A stretch of DNA of 64,000 nucleotides from an uncultured Nautiliales bacterium (lineage in GTDB: Bacteria > Campylobacterota > Campylobacteria > Campylobacterales > Nautiliaceae): the NCBI GenBank assembly GCA_964410645.1, contig CAYPHV010000001.1:19441-83440 (forward strand). Direction: 5' to 3'. A program made the translations under genes and the position numbers. Of this stretch, positions 9,643 to 19,696 are shown one piece after another (within the stretch, counting starts at the first letter, position 1; every line of letters begins with the position of its first letter). The notes under the pieces are model-generated. The model did no database searches and was not told where the DNA came from. It saw nothing but the letters and a program-made list of their open reading frames with translations.

Positions 9643-10740
9643 TTGGACTATTACGAAATACTGGGCATAAATAAAAGTTCTACAAAAATAGAAATAAAAA
9701 AAGCTTATAGAAAATTAGCTATGAAATATCACCCAGATAAAAATCCCGGAAACGCGGAAGCTGAAGAAAAATTTAAACAAATTAATGAAGCATATCAAAT
9801 ATTAAGTGATGATGAAAAAAAAGCTGTTTATGATCAATATGGAAAAGAAGGCCTTGAAGGAAGAGGCTATAAAACAGACTTTAATTTTAATGATATTTTC
9901 GATATGTTTAACGATATGTTCGAAGGTGGATTCGGAAGTGGATTTGAAGAAGAAAAAAGTTATACCCCTTATGATATAGATAAAGCTTTGGAAATTACTT
10001 TAAATTTTGAAGAAGCGGCATACGGTATAAGCAAAGAAATAGAAATCGAATATTTTGCCCTTTGCCGTGAATGCAGAGGCAGCGGCGCAAAAGAAAAAGA
10101 GAAATGCCCTACCTGTAAAGGAAAAGGAAGCATACTAACCGGAAATGGCTTTATCAGAATGAGCCAGACATGCCCTACCTGTAGAGGAAAAGGCTATATT
10201 ATTAAAGAAAAATGCAAAAAATGTAACGGACGTGGATTTATACGCAAAAAAGAAAAAATTCACATTGATATACCCGCAGGTGTTGATAACGGTATGAAAA
10301 TGAGAATTCCAGGAAAAGGCAATGAAAGCAGCAATAGAGGTAGAGGCGATTTATATTTGATATTCAAAGTAAAACCTTCAAAAATTTTTAAAAGAGAAGG
10401 AAATAATTTAATAGTTGAAATCCCTGTTTTTTTTACCAGTGCAATTTTAGGAGATAAAATAAATATACCGACACTTAGCAAAGCAAAAGAAATAGAAATA
10501 AAACCTTTTACAAAAGATAAAACTCAAATAGTATTTAAAAATTTAGGACTAGCCGATCCAAACACCGGGTATAAAGGCAATTTATATGCAATTATTAATA
10601 TTACATATCCTAAAAAACTTAATAAAAGCCAAAAAGAACTGCTTGAAAAATTACATGAAAGTTTTACAAAAGAGATAAAAAAGCATAAATCTTTTTTGGA
10701 TGAAGCAATAGATAAAGTAAAAAGCTGGTTTAAAGATTAG
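9643..10740 (+). CDS. dnaJ: Molecular chaperone DnaJ
   Basis: TTG start after AGGAGGA. J domain DYYEILGI...YHPDKN, a G/F region, and four CxxCxGxG zinc-finger repeats. Confidence 0.95.
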   Translation: MDYYEILGINKSSTKIEIKKAYRKLAMKYHPDKNPGNAEAEEKFKQINEAYQILSDDEKKAVYDQYGKEGLEGRGYKTDFNFNDIFDMFNDMFEGGFGSGFEEEKSYTPYDIDKALEITLNFEEAAYGISKEIEIEYFALCRECRGSGAKEKEKCPTCKGKGSILTGNGFIRMSQTCPTCRGKGYIIKEKCKKCNGRGFIRKKEKIHIDIPAGVDNGMKMRIPGKGNESSNRGRGDLYLIFKVKPSKIFKREGNNLIVEIPVFFTSAILGDKINIPTLSKAKEIEIKPFTKDKTQIVFKNLGLADPNTGYKGNLYAIINITYPKKLNKSQKELLEKLHESFTKEIKKHKSFLDEAIDKVKSWFKD

Positions 10741-11396
10741 CCCAAAAGCAGATGGATTATCCATTCTGCCGGATAAAACGCATAATTGATAAGGGGAGTA
10801 AAAAGAATTATTAAAAGAATAATCATCCCATATGGTTCTATTTTATTATAAAATTTTACTATACCGCTCCATTTGAATTGCATTGACAAAAATTTAAGTG
10901 CATTTGCACCGTCAAGCGGCGGAACAGGAATTAAATTAAATACAGCCAAAATAACATCTATTATTACAAGATAATATATAAATAAAAACATAAACGCACT
11001 TAAAATATTTTGAGGTGGATAAAAAAACGAAACAAGGCTTGAAGCGATAATCGCAATAAAAAAATTATAAGTAACTCCTGCTAAACTTACCGCAACACCG
11101 GCTAAATAACCGCCATTTTCAATAACAGTAAATATATTTACAGGCACAGGTTTAGCCCATCCGAAAATAATCGGATTAGACATTCCTGCAACTTTTTGAG
11201 ACAAATACAAAAGAATCGGGAAAATAATACTGCCGAATAAATCAATATGTTTTATTGGATTAATACTAAGTCTTCCAGCATTTTTCGCAGTATTATCTCC
11301 ATAATGCTTTGCAACTAATCCATGCATTATTTCATGGCCAATAATAGCTACTAAAAAAGCCAAAACCAAAGCGCTGTATTTAATTAATAATTCCAT
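10737..11396 (-). CDS. Site-2 protease family (M50) membrane metalloprotease
   Basis: HEIMHG zinc motif in TM1, the later NLIPVPPLDG motif, and a polytopic membrane profile. Confidence 0.8.
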   Translation of the reverse strand: MELLIKYSALVLAFLVAIIGHEIMHGLVAKHYGDNTAKNAGRLSINPIKHIDLFGSIIFPILLYLSQKVAGMSNPIIFGWAKPVPVNIFTVIENGGYLAGVAVSLAGVTYNFFIAIIASSLVSFFYPPQNILSAFMFLFIYYLVIIDVILAVFNLIPVPPLDGANALKFLSMQFKWSGIVKFYNKIEPYGMIILLIILFTPLINYAFYPAEWIIHLLLG

Positions 11397-11420
11397 TTAA
11401 TCTCCATTTGTTTTTCATTA

Positions 11421-12206
11421 CTAATTGCATCCATCAGTAAGATAAGGCTTTTTCCCTTTTCTAAATTCTTCTTCTATATCCCAGGTGGTTTTACCTACCC
11501 TGTTCCATCGTATTGTAAAATTTTTATCCCAACTCATATAAATAAACCATGGTTTTCCAACTATATATTTATATTTTACAGGACCCCAAAATCTTGAATC
11601 ATCACTATGATCCCTGTTATCGCCCATCATAAAAAACTGTCCTTTAGGAACCACTATAGGGCCATAATTCATTATTTCTTCAGGAAAATTGACACTCTTA
11701 TCATGATGAACCCCGGGATATTTTTTTATATAAGGATCAACCGCCCAAATTTCACCATTTATAGTTTTTAAGGAAGCTCCCATTTTCTGTGCAAATTTAA
11801 TTGTTTTTTTATCGCTGTTTTGAATTCTCAAAAGCAAATGTTTATTTCTAACCATCAGTTTATCTCCTCCGGTAGCAACACATCTTTTAACAAAATGCAT
11901 TGAAGGTTTAAGAGGAAAACGAAAAATAACAATATCTCCTCTTTTCGGTTTCGGCCCGTCTATCAAATGTCCGTCACCTCTAAAATCAGGCAAAATAGGT
12001 ATTTCAAGCCAGGGAATATGGGGAATTGGAATTCCGTATGCAAATTTCTTGGCAAATAGCGCATCTCCTGGTAACAGTGTTCTTTCCATACTTCCGCTTG
12101 GAATTATAAAAGCCTGGGCTAAAAAGAAAATCACAAGCAATACAATTACAATTGTTCCTGTCCATGTGTTAGACCAATAATATAATTTTTTCATTTTTTC
12201 TTTCAT
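11421..12206 (-). CDS. lepB: Signal peptidase I LepB
   Basis: N-terminal TM, catalytic-Ser box IPSGSMERTLLPGD, KRCVATGGD, and GDNRDHSDDSRFWG. Confidence 0.9.
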   Translation of the reverse strand: MKEKMKKLYYWSNTWTGTIVIVLLVIFFLAQAFIIPSGSMERTLLPGDALFAKKFAYGIPIPHIPWLEIPILPDFRGDGHLIDGPKPKRGDIVIFRFPLKPSMHFVKRCVATGGDKLMVRNKHLLLRIQNSDKKTIKFAQKMGASLKTINGEIWAVDPYIKKYPGVHHDKSVNFPEEIMNYGPIVVPKGQFFMMGDNRDHSDDSRFWGPVKYKYIVGKPWFIYMSWDKNFTIRWNRVGKTTWDIEEEFRKGKKPYLTDGCN

Positions 12207-13054
12207 TAATTACCTTTAAAACTTTTAACAGCTTTTATTGTATTTTTTAAAAGCATTGCAATCGTCATAGGCCCTACTCCGCCTGGTACCGGGGAAATAT
12301 ATGAACTTTTTTTACTTACATTTTCAAAATCGACATCTCCGGCCAGTTTTCCGTTAGATAATTTATTTATCCCAATATCTACAACTATTGCACCTTCTTT
12401 GACCATATCCTCCGTAATTAAATTTGGTTTTCCGACTCCCACTATTACAATATCAGCTCTTTTTGTATGTTCTTTTAAATTTTTTGTTGCTATATGGCAA
12501 ATATCCACTGTTGCCATTTTATTAAGCAAAAGAGCCAACATCGGTTTTCCTACTATATTGCTGGCTCCTACAACGCACACATCTTTTCCCTTTACATCAA
12601 TATTGTATTCTTCAAACATTTTCATTACGCCAAGAGGAGTGCAAGGAACAAATCCATCCAGTCCTACAACCAACCTTCCCATATTGTATGGATGAAATCC
12701 GTCAACATCTTTAGCAGGAGAAATCTTTTCAAGAACTTTTGTAGCATCAATATGTTTTGGAAGAGGCAGCTGGATCAAAAGTCCGTGAAGATTAGGATTT
12801 TTATTAATCATATCAATAGTCGAAAGAAGCTCTTTCTCACTTATTGTATCTGGAAATTCGTGAACAACAGAATAAATACCCGTTTTTTTACAAGCTTCAT
12901 TTTTCATTCGAACATATGTCTGACTGGCAGGATTGCTCCCCACTAAAATAACAGCAAGCCCGGGAGTAATACCGTCTTTTTTTAATTTTTCAACTTCTTC
13001 TTTTACTTCTAATTTTATTTTTTCTGACAGTTTTTTACCGTCTAAAATTGCCAT
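12206..13054 (-). CDS. folD: Bifunctional methylene-THF dehydrogenase / methenyl-THF cyclohydrolase FolD
   Basis: PGLAVILVGSNPASQTYVRMK, VDGFHPYNMGRL, PCTPLGV, VVGASNIVGKPM and PVPGGVGPMTIAML. Confidence 0.95.
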   Translation of the reverse strand: MAILDGKKLSEKIKLEVKEEVEKLKKDGITPGLAVILVGSNPASQTYVRMKNEACKKTGIYSVVHEFPDTISEKELLSTIDMINKNPNLHGLLIQLPLPKHIDATKVLEKISPAKDVDGFHPYNMGRLVVGLDGFVPCTPLGVMKMFEEYNIDVKGKDVCVVGASNIVGKPMLALLLNKMATVDICHIATKNLKEHTKRADIVIVGVGKPNLITEDMVKEGAIVVDIGINKLSNGKLAGDVDFENVSKKSSYISPVPGGVGPMTIAMLLKNTIKAVKSFKGN

Positions 13055-13106
13055 AATGTTTCCTTTTTGGTAAAATATTTCAGAATTTTAACATAAAAGG
13101 CTATTA

Positions 13107-13460
13107 TTGAAATTAATTTTATTAATATTTCCCCTTTTTCTACTCGCCAAAGAAGACTGGTTTATTACAAATTTGGAATATGGAAAAATGCTTTATCATA
13201 ATCCAAGGGGTATAAGCTGTGCTAAATGTCACGGTGAAAAGGCTCAGGGTGAAACAATTGCAAAATATTACATAATCAAGAATAAACACAAAATTTTAAA
13301 AATAATAAAAGCCCCTGATATCACCGGTATAAATTTCGAAAGTTTTACAAAAAAACTTTTTCACACCAAACTTTCTGTTATGCCAAAATATGATTATCTG
13401 ACAAATAAAGAAATCAGCGCGATTTATTTATATATTCAATCAATAAGGAATAAAAAATGA
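13107..13460 (+). CDS. Small periplasmic monohaem c-type cytochrome
   Basis: TTG start after AAAAGG, signal peptide, a single CAKCH haem-binding motif, and a distal Met candidate (SVMPKY). Confidence 0.8.
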   Translation: MKLILLIFPLFLLAKEDWFITNLEYGKMLYHNPRGISCAKCHGEKAQGETIAKYYIIKNKHKILKIIKAPDITGINFESFTKKLFHTKLSVMPKYDYLTNKEISAIYLYIQSIRNKK

Positions 13461-14359
13461 TTTTTAAAAATATTTATGAAATTGAAAAAATAGTTCAAAA
13501 TAATGATACGAAAAAAGCCCTTTCTTTGATTGAAAAGCCCAAAAAGCATAAATTAGTCACAACAAAAAAAAGAAGTGCTTTGATGGTAAGCGGGCACAAT
13601 ATAAAACATTTAAACAAAATAGATGAAATACCGGCTGATATAATTATGCTAAACCTTGAAGACGGAGTTCCTGCGGAAAAAAAAGAAATATCGACAATAA
13701 TGACAGCCGTTTTTCTTTCCCGTTACAACAATCCGGATAAAGAAATAGTTATAAGAATCAACCCTTTGGATAAAAACGGTAAAGAAGAAATTAAATTTTT
13801 AGATAAATTTAATTTTAATGCCTTTAGGGTGCCGAAAGTTAACTCAATAGAAGACATTGACAATATCTTTTTTTTAACAAACAAAAATATACACATTTCC
13901 GTTGAAACAAAAGAAATGTTTTTAAATTTAAAAGATTTTGTTCATCCCAAAATTAAAACTTTTTATTTGGGAATTTATGACTTATTGAATGAATTAAATA
14001 TTCCCCATTCCGTTATTAATACGGACAATCCTTTTATTCACAGAATATTAGCCGATTTTTCTTTATATTCCAATTATAACGGCATTACACCAATCGGATT
14101 TGTTTATCAAAACTATAAAGATTTAAAAGGATTTTCCAGCTGGTGCATGCTTCAAAAAAATATGGGAATTAAAGGAGTCGGATGTATAACTCCGGCTCAA
14201 GTTGAAATAGCAAATAATATTTTCAAAGAAGATTTAGAATTTGCAAAAATGATTGTTGAAAAGTTTGAAAAAAACGGACCTTTTACAATTAACGGCTTAT
14301 ATGTAGACGAACCTATATATAAAAATTATTTACGTATTTTAGGGGATTTAGAAAGATAA
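13457..14359 (+). CDS. HpcH/HpaI aldolase / citrate lyase beta (CitE)-like protein
   Basis: RSALMVSGHN...ADIIMLNLEDGV resembles the CitE signature (RS.LfvPg...D.v.lDLED.V). ATGA overlap with the cytochrome c gene. Confidence 0.65.
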   Translation: MIFKNIYEIEKIVQNNDTKKALSLIEKPKKHKLVTTKKRSALMVSGHNIKHLNKIDEIPADIIMLNLEDGVPAEKKEISTIMTAVFLSRYNNPDKEIVIRINPLDKNGKEEIKFLDKFNFNAFRVPKVNSIEDIDNIFFLTNKNIHISVETKEMFLNLKDFVHPKIKTFYLGIYDLLNELNIPHSVINTDNPFIHRILADFSLYSNYNGITPIGFVYQNYKDLKGFSSWCMLQKNMGIKGVGCITPAQVEIANNIFKEDLEFAKMIVEKFEKNGPFTINGLYVDEPIYKNYLRILGDLER

Positions 14360-14511
14360 AATTTTATCTTATTCCCTGGAAATACAATATTTACAAATCT
14401 TGTAATTTATAAAAGAATTTGCGGTTTTTTTGATAGTCCCTTTCATTTTTAGAATATAAAAAATATCAACTTCAAATAATTTCGATAAAATACGTTTAAA
14501 AAAGGACATAA

Positions 14512-16485
14512 ATGTTAAAGCCTTTATTAATAGAAATCGGAACAGAAGAATTACCTGCTATTCCTTTACTTAAAGTTTTACCAAATATTGAAAAAAATTG
14601 GCTTGATATTTTAGAAAAAAATAATTTAAAAACAAATTTTAATTTTTTTTATACACCAAGAAGACTTACTTTATGGCATAGAGAATTTCCTGTAAAACAG
14701 CCTGACAGACAGGAAGAAATTTGGGGAGCCCCTAAAAAAATCGCAGAAAAAAACCCAAAAGCAATTGAAAGCTTTGCAAATAAATGCGGCATTTCACCAA
14801 ATGAGGTAAAATACAAAACAAAAGGTCATGACGAATTTTTATATTATAAAAAAGACATCAAAGGAAAAGAGGCAAAAGTACTTCTTCCAAAAATGATTGA
14901 AAAATGGCTTAAAAGCTTAAATTTCGGTAAAGCTATGAAATGGGGAGAATGTCAGGAAGAATTTATAAGACCTATCAGATGGATTTTATGCATACTTGAA
15001 AATGAAACTGTCAATTTTGAAAGCTTCTGTATAACTTCAGGTAATTTTACTTTTGGCAACAGAATTATAAAAAAACCTATTTTTATTGATTTTGCAGGCG
15101 ATTATTTTTCTAAATTGGATAAAAACGGGGTCATACTTTACCCAAATGAAAGAAAAAAGAAAATTTTAGAAGAAATCAAGCAAATTGAACGGGAAAAAAG
15201 CATAAAAGTTGAAATAGATAAAAATTTACTTGAAGAAATAGTAGCAATTACAGAATATCCTACAGCTTTAATTGGAAGTTTTGACAAAGAATTTTTGGTA
15301 TTACCACCTGAAGTAATTATCACTTCCATGAAAGAACATCAAAGATATTTCCCTGTTTATAAAAATAAAAAACTTACAAATAAATTTATAGTTGTAAGTA
15401 ATGCCTTTACAGATAATTTTTCTAAAATTATTTCCGGAAACGAAAAAGTTCTTCGTGCAAGACTTTCAGACGCTTTGTTTTTTTATGAAAATGACTTAAA
15501 AAACAAACTTAATATCGAAGGGCTAAAAGATATCGTTTATATGGATAATTTGGGAACACTTTACGACAAGGTAAAAAGAGAAGAAAAAATAATTGAATAT
15601 TTGGCAAAAAAATATAACGGAGATTTACAAAAATGTAAAACGGCGGTCAATCTTGCAAAAGCTGATTTGCTCACAGAAATGGTTTACGAATTTACTGAGC
15701 TTCAAGGCGTTATGGGATACTATTATGCACTTAAAGAAGGCATAAATGAGGAAGTGGCAACAGCAATAAAAGAACAATATTCAGACAGCGCAAGTAATAA
15801 AACATCGGCTCTTTTGAATATAGCCAGAAATCTTGATACTATTTTAGGACTTTTCAGTATCAATAAAAAACCCAAAGGAAACAAAGACCCATTCGGGCTA
15901 AGAAGAGCCGCCAATTATATTATAAAGATATCAATAGAAAACAATATTCCACTTGATATTAAACAAACAATTTCTGATTTACAAAGCAATTATAAAAATA
16001 TTAATACTAATGAAATAACAGAATTTATTTTTGAAAGAATATATAAATTTTATAAAGTAAATCCAACAGTAATTAGAGCGGTTGTTGCTACAGGAGAAAG
16101 CAATTTGATTGAAATCGATAAAAAAATAAAATTATTGAATCAAATAGTAACAAGCAATGATTTAAAAGATTTGAGTATTACTTTTAAAAGAGTGGCAAAT
16201 ATTGTAAAAGACTTCGATTTGACCACAATATATATTGATGAAAATTTATTTTCCGAAACAGAAGAAAAAGAATTATACAAACAATTACAAAAAGCACGCA
16301 AAATTGCAGATTTAGAAAAAAAATTAGATTTTTTAATTTCTCTTAAACCGTTAATAGATAAATTTTTTGATAATGTTTTAGTTAATGTAGAAAATAAAAA
16401 AATCCGTCATAATAGACGCTCATTAGTAGCTTCTTTATATAAAGAATTTTTTAATATTGCTGATATTAAGGAAATAACTATTTAA
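14512..16485 (+). CDS. glyS: Glycine-tRNA ligase beta subunit GlyS
   Basis: LLIEIGTEELPA N-terminus, MKWG, HQRYFPV and FTELQGVMGYYYA blocks. Confidence 0.95.
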   Translation: MLKPLLIEIGTEELPAIPLLKVLPNIEKNWLDILEKNNLKTNFNFFYTPRRLTLWHREFPVKQPDRQEEIWGAPKKIAEKNPKAIESFANKCGISPNEVKYKTKGHDEFLYYKKDIKGKEAKVLLPKMIEKWLKSLNFGKAMKWGECQEEFIRPIRWILCILENETVNFESFCITSGNFTFGNRIIKKPIFIDFAGDYFSKLDKNGVILYPNERKKKILEEIKQIEREKSIKVEIDKNLLEEIVAITEYPTALIGSFDKEFLVLPPEVIITSMKEHQRYFPVYKNKKLTNKFIVVSNAFTDNFSKIISGNEKVLRARLSDALFFYENDLKNKLNIEGLKDIVYMDNLGTLYDKVKREEKIIEYLAKKYNGDLQKCKTAVNLAKADLLTEMVYEFTELQGVMGYYYALKEGINEEVATAIKEQYSDSASNKTSALLNIARNLDTILGLFSINKKPKGNKDPFGLRRAANYIIKISIENNIPLDIKQTISDLQSNYKNINTNEITEFIFERIYKFYKVNPTVIRAVVATGESNLIEIDKKIKLLNQIVTSNDLKDLSITFKRVANIVKDFDLTTIYIDENLFSETEEKELYKQLQKARKIADLEKKLDFLISLKPLIDKFFDNVLVNVENKKIRHNRRSLVASLYKEFFNIADIKEITI

Positions 16486-16491
16486 TAAGAA

Positions 16492-16510
16492 TGCAATTGT
16501 CTTAATTGCA
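16492..16510. terminator. Possible bidirectional hairpin between convergent glyS and slyD
   Basis: TGCAATT-gtctt-AATTGCA forms a 7-bp stem with a 5-nt loop. It is AT-rich and only a weak T-run follows on the minus strand. Confidence 0.3.
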
Positions 16511-16531
16511 ATTGCACACCCTTGCATATCC

Positions 16532-16990
16532 TTAAGAATTTCCGCCAATCTTACCTGTTAAAGTTTCATCGGTAGTTGCTTCTCTTTTTGTAACAACTTT
16601 TACGTCAAATGTCAAATCAACTCCTGCTAACGGATGATTATAATCAATTGTAACTTTGTTATCATCAAAATCTTTAACTACAACTGCTATAGTCTGTCCG
16701 TCCGGAGTTTGCCCATAAAGAGTCATTCCTTTTTTAAGTTCAATTCCTTCGAACTGATTTTTTGGAGCTTCTTGAACCATTTCAGGGTTATACTCCCCAT
16801 ACGCTTCCTTTGAAGAAACATTAACAGTTTTTTCATCACCGACATTCATCTGTTCTATTTCTTTTTCAAGACCTGGAATAATCTGACCTTTACCTGCTAT
16901 AAATTCAAGTGGAGCTTGCCCTTTGTTGCTGTCAACCACTTCATCTTTTGAGTTTTTTACTGTATATTCAATACCGTATACATTTGCCAT
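16532..16990 (-). CDS. slyD: FKBP-type peptidyl-prolyl isomerase, SlyD-like (IF-domain insert, no His-rich tail)
   Basis: PLEFIAGKGQIIPGLEKEI...HPLAGVDLTFDVKVV is the typical SlyD/FkpB FKBP fold with an insert-in-flap. Its position next to tol-pal matches Campylobacter. Confidence 0.85.
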   Translation of the reverse strand: MANVYGIEYTVKNSKDEVVDSNKGQAPLEFIAGKGQIIPGLEKEIEQMNVGDEKTVNVSSKEAYGEYNPEMVQEAPKNQFEGIELKKGMTLYGQTPDGQTIAVVVKDFDDNKVTIDYNHPLAGVDLTFDVKVVTKREATTDETLTGKIGGNS

Positions 16991-17031
16991 ATTTATCCTT
17001 TAAAAATTTAATTAACTTCAAGTATAACATA

Positions 17032-17904
17032 TTACTTTATTTTTTCCAACTCAATTTTCGCCAATTTAGCATATTTTGACAAAGGATAATCATAAATTAA
17101 TTTTTTAAAAGTAATTTTTGCTACTTTTTTATTGTTTATTTTTACAAATGAAATGCCTGTATGATATAAAAGTTCGGATGTAAATGATGTTTTTTTAGGA
17201 TAAAGATTTATACTTTTTTTATAATACGCTAAAGCGTCATTATATTTTTTTTGTTTATATGCAATTTCACCCAAATAAAAACTTGATGTTGCCGGAAGAT
17301 AATTTTTAGATAATGTATATATAAATAATTTCTTTGCACTATTCAATTTATTTTTTAAAAAATATGCTTTCGCTTTTAAAAAAATATGCTTTAAAGAAAG
17401 GCCTTGTTTTGGCTGATTGATTTTATTCACAATCTCCAAAATACTCTGTTTTAACGCCAGAAAATTTTGGTTTTGAATTTTTACCATCTCTTTTATTGAC
17501 ATCCTCATTACAGTTATATTATTTTCAACAGAATTTATTTTATTTTTTAAGACATTTATTTCCTTGTCAATATTATTAATTTGACTTTGTGTCTGATTAT
17601 TTTCTTTTTTCAATGCATTTATATCGTTCATAGCGTTATTTACTTCATCTATCACAGTAGGAAATGCACTTAATTTATTATTGATAACATCATCATAATT
17701 TGATAATTTTAATTCAATTTTAGCTATATTTTTTTGAACATTATTTATATTGCTATGTAATGAACTTATATCTTTTTTATTTTCCAAAATAACTTTCTCA
17801 TCAGAGCTTAGACCGTAAGGTGCATTTGAATTTAAATTACCTGCGTTGAAGGGATTCACATCTGCAAATAGCAAAGCGGGTAAAATAAAAAGAAGTTTTT
17901 TCAT
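17032..17904 (-). CDS. cpoB: Tol-Pal system protein YbgF/CpoB-like (coiled coil plus TPR)
   Basis: Signal peptide, a long N/Q/I-rich coiled coil, C-terminal TPR-like repeats (YLGEIAYKQKKYNDALAYYKK), and a position directly downstream of pal. Confidence 0.7.
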   Translation of the reverse strand: MKKLLFILPALLFADVNPFNAGNLNSNAPYGLSSDEKVILENKKDISSLHSNINNVQKNIAKIELKLSNYDDVINNKLSAFPTVIDEVNNAMNDINALKKENNQTQSQINNIDKEINVLKNKINSVENNITVMRMSIKEMVKIQNQNFLALKQSILEIVNKINQPKQGLSLKHIFLKAKAYFLKNKLNSAKKLFIYTLSKNYLPATSSFYLGEIAYKQKKYNDALAYYKKSINLYPKKTSFTSELLYHTGISFVKINNKKVAKITFKKLIYDYPLSKYAKLAKIELEKIK

Positions 17905-17935
17905 ACAATTCCTTTTTTAAGGAATTGTATCTAAT

Positions 17936-18505
17936 TTACGGAAGATATGTAAAATTATCTCTTCTGTTTAATTTCCAGCACCATTTTGCATGGGCACTGC
18001 ATACAGGATTTAATTCCCCATAGCTGATAATTGTAAGTTTTTTCGGATCAACACCAAGCTTGATCAATGCATTTTTTAATATATCCGCTCTTTTTAATCC
18101 CAAAGCGTAATTATATTCTTCTGTACCCCATTCATCGCAGTTACCTTCAATTCTTACAGTATAATTACTTGGATTGGATTCAATAATTTTTGCCAATTTT
18201 TCAACTTTTGGCAATTGATCTTTTCTTATATTATATTTGTCAAAATCAAAATAAACAACAATGCTTACTAATTTTTTAGCAAATTTTTGGTTGCTGTTTT
18301 GAACCAAAGCACCTCCGCCTAGTGTTTTGCTTTGAACATTAGCATTTTCAGTGTTCACGCTTCCATTTGCTTCTGAAGCATTTTGAGCATTTGTTTTTTG
18401 AACCTGCTGGGATTGCACATTTGCATTTTCCAAATTAGGTTGTTTTGAACATCCTGTAATTATCAAAACTGCAGCGGCAGCTGTCAATAAGAAACTTTTT
18501 TTCAT
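17936..18505 (-). CDS. pal: Peptidoglycan-associated lipoprotein Pal (OmpA family)
   Basis: Lipobox ITGCS, a low-complexity linker, and an OmpA-like domain (VYFDFDKYNIR...GNCDEWGTEEYNYALGLKRA...NRRDNF). Confidence 0.9.
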   Translation of the reverse strand: MKKSFLLTAAAAVLIITGCSKQPNLENANVQSQQVQKTNAQNASEANGSVNTENANVQSKTLGGGALVQNSNQKFAKKLVSIVVYFDFDKYNIRKDQLPKVEKLAKIIESNPSNYTVRIEGNCDEWGTEEYNYALGLKRADILKNALIKLGVDPKKLTIISYGELNPVCSAHAKWCWKLNRRDNFTYLP

Positions 18506-18526
18506 ATTTTTCTCCTTTGTTAATTT

Positions 18527-19696
18527 TTACCAATCAAATGATTGCAATATCTTTGGCAGTCGATAATAAAAAATTTTGTTTTCATTCAACCGTATTATAC
18601 CAATTTTACTGTAAAAATTCTTTTGTTTTATAAACATAATTGAATTTCCGTCAACAGAAAAATTAGGAAACATATTTTGTCCTCCAAAAGTCAATCTTTT
18701 TATTGAATCATCATTTTTATTAATCAAAAACAGATTAAATGTATTTGCATTAAAAGCATTATTGCTTTCTCTGGTGCTTATTACCAGATAATTTCCAAAA
18801 GCGTCAACTCCCACCTGGTTTTTGCCATGATATAAAACCCTTGTTACGACACCGGAATTTATATTTTTTTGAAACACACAAGGAATTCCGTATCTGTTGG
18901 ATACAAAGACTATTTTATCTCCCCAAAATTTACCATTTACGTCTATTCCGGAATAATCGGTTATTTTTGTTAATTTCTTATTTTTATACAAATAAACATC
19001 CGGCATTCCATTAGGAGCTATACTCAGTAATATTCCTTTTTTTGGATTAACGTCAGAAACAATTAATAACCCCTGGGATGATAAAATTTTAGTAAGTTTT
19101 CCTGTATAAATATTAAATTTATACAACGTGGGAAGCCTTTGATATTTTGTAAAATAAATAGCACTCTGATTCTTATTTGCCCATTTCGGAAAAATATTAA
19201 GCCCGCCGCTGATTAATAATTTTTTATATGAAAGACTATAATCTGATAAATAAATAGAAGATTCCTTTGGAGCATCCAAAATTGAATATACCACTTTTCT
19301 AATCAAAAATTTTGCACTCGGCATACTAAAATATTTATTAATATCATAAACTGCATAATGAACCAAAAAAGGAAAATATGCATATGTATTTGATTTATAT
19401 TCTTTTTTTAAAACAATATTATTCTGTTGGATATAATTCACTTTTAACATTCGTTTTGATTTATTATAATTTATATCAAATTTCATTGTAGCATTAATGT
19501 CTTTTGAATCATTGTTTTCATAAGTTACGTTAAAATGATCCAGCACCGTAAAGTCCATTTTTAATATTTTTTTAACCGTTTTGGGACCGGAAAAATTAAC
19601 AATAATATCGGGTTTATTATTTATATACTTTGTTATAACAATTTCTTTTGCAAATAAAGAAATCGCTATTAATAAAATACCTATTATTTTTTTCAT
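18527..19696 (-). CDS. tolB: Tol-Pal system beta-propeller protein TolB
   Basis: Signal peptide, an N-terminal alpha/beta domain, then repeated propeller blades (PNFSVDGNSIMF and others). Context tolA-like-tolB-pal. Confidence 0.85.
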   Translation of the reverse strand: MKKIIGILLIAISLFAKEIVITKYINNKPDIIVNFSGPKTVKKILKMDFTVLDHFNVTYENNDSKDINATMKFDINYNKSKRMLKVNYIQQNNIVLKKEYKSNTYAYFPFLVHYAVYDINKYFSMPSAKFLIRKVVYSILDAPKESSIYLSDYSLSYKKLLISGGLNIFPKWANKNQSAIYFTKYQRLPTLYKFNIYTGKLTKILSSQGLLIVSDVNPKKGILLSIAPNGMPDVYLYKNKKLTKITDYSGIDVNGKFWGDKIVFVSNRYGIPCVFQKNINSGVVTRVLYHGKNQVGVDAFGNYLVISTRESNNAFNANTFNLFLINKNDDSIKRLTFGGQNMFPNFSVDGNSIMFIKQKNFYSKIGIIRLNENKIFYYRLPKILQSFDW

